The translations under genes were made by a program, and so were the position numbers. From Mobula hypostoma (taxonomy: Eukaryota): 64,000 bases of DNA. The DNA lies in contig NC_086097.1 of assembly GCF_963921235.1 (NCBI RefSeq), positions 91,390,001 through 91,454,000 of the forward strand, written 5' to 3'. This document shows positions 63,225 through 64,000 of this stretch, piece after piece; positions within the stretch are counted from its first letter, which is position 1; each line of letters starts with the position of its first letter. The notes beneath the pieces were generated by a model, which saw only the letters and a list, made by a program, of their open reading frames with translations, had not been told where the DNA came from and did no database searches.

Positions 63225-63420
63225 ACACAAAATACTCTGCAGATGCTGGGGTCAAAGCAACACTCACAACACGCTGGAGGAACTCAGCAGGTCGGGCAGC
63301 ATCCGTGGAAACGATCAGTCAACATTTCGGGCTAGAACCCTTCATCAGGGTTCTGGCCTGAAACATTGACTGATCGTTTCTACAGATGCTGTCTGAGCTA
63401 CTGAGTTCCTCCAGCGAGTT
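63225..63420. mobile_element. Fold-back PLE pseudo-LTR (70-bp arms, 5-nt loop)
   Basis: 63272-63341 is the imperfect reverse complement of 63347-63416; loop TCATC lies inside the hammerhead core. Confidence 0.85.
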
Positions 63421-64000
63421 CCAAACACAATTTTGCTTCTTTTTGTATTAGAACTGGTCAGTTCAGGTGCAAAGTTATCCACTATCGTCTTTGCAACTTA
63501 AAACTAGCTATTTCTCTTTCCACAGGTGTTGCCTCACCTGAGCGTTTTCAGCATTTTCTGTTTTCATATTTTAACTTTTTTTTGGATGTTTCAATTACTG
63601 AGAAATAATTGTGATTATTTTTGAAAGAAGTAAGTTGTTATTATCTGGAATGTTCTTCTAAAAAGTTTGCAGGAAGCAGAATTGTAAATAACTTTGGAAA
63701 ACATAATTGGATGGATATTTAAATAAAACAAGGGGTTTACGGAGGAGGAGATGAAAGTGACTGGGTCTAATAGGATGAATTTTTCAAAGAACCAGATCAT
63801 ACATAACAGGCCAAGTGGGATTCACTGTAAGATTAAGAGCTATTTGTTGCTGGTTCTTCATATTTCCATTTACTTTGTAAAACCACATTGGCTGGTGGCA
63901 CTTAATGAAAGAAGCAAACAGACATAAAGATGCAAATTGATGTAAAAATGATCAGGATCTATTTTAAGAATTTAAATAAGATTAACTGGGATTCTATAGT

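Overview
Eukaryotic, vertebrate-type DNA that is almost entirely nested, decayed transposable elements. The repeat set (V-domain HE1-like SINEs, CR1/HER1-like LINEs, Rex1/Babar, L1/Tx1, Penelope-like elements, gypsy LTRs) suggests a cartilaginous fish, probably a ray; this is inference. I could not support any intact host protein-coding gene: the ORF-track proteins are TE fragments or their antisense/off-frame shadows. Highlights: (1) a complete non-coding two-LTR mini-retrotransposon (25969-28828, TSD GCAGG) whose PBS is complementary to its own predicted transcript start (Tf1/sushi-type self-priming); (2) many Penelope pseudo-LTR copies with a minimal type-I hammerhead ribozyme, including fold-back units; (3) an endogenous retrovirus 3' end with a gamma-type env remnant, part of it inverted; (4) a twin-primed L1 with an 11-bp TSD; (5) modular tRNA-head SINEs with bipartite RTE-like tails; (6) one candidate TATA promoter and first exon near 59.1 kb. 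All calls are by eye, and boundaries of old repeats are approximate.
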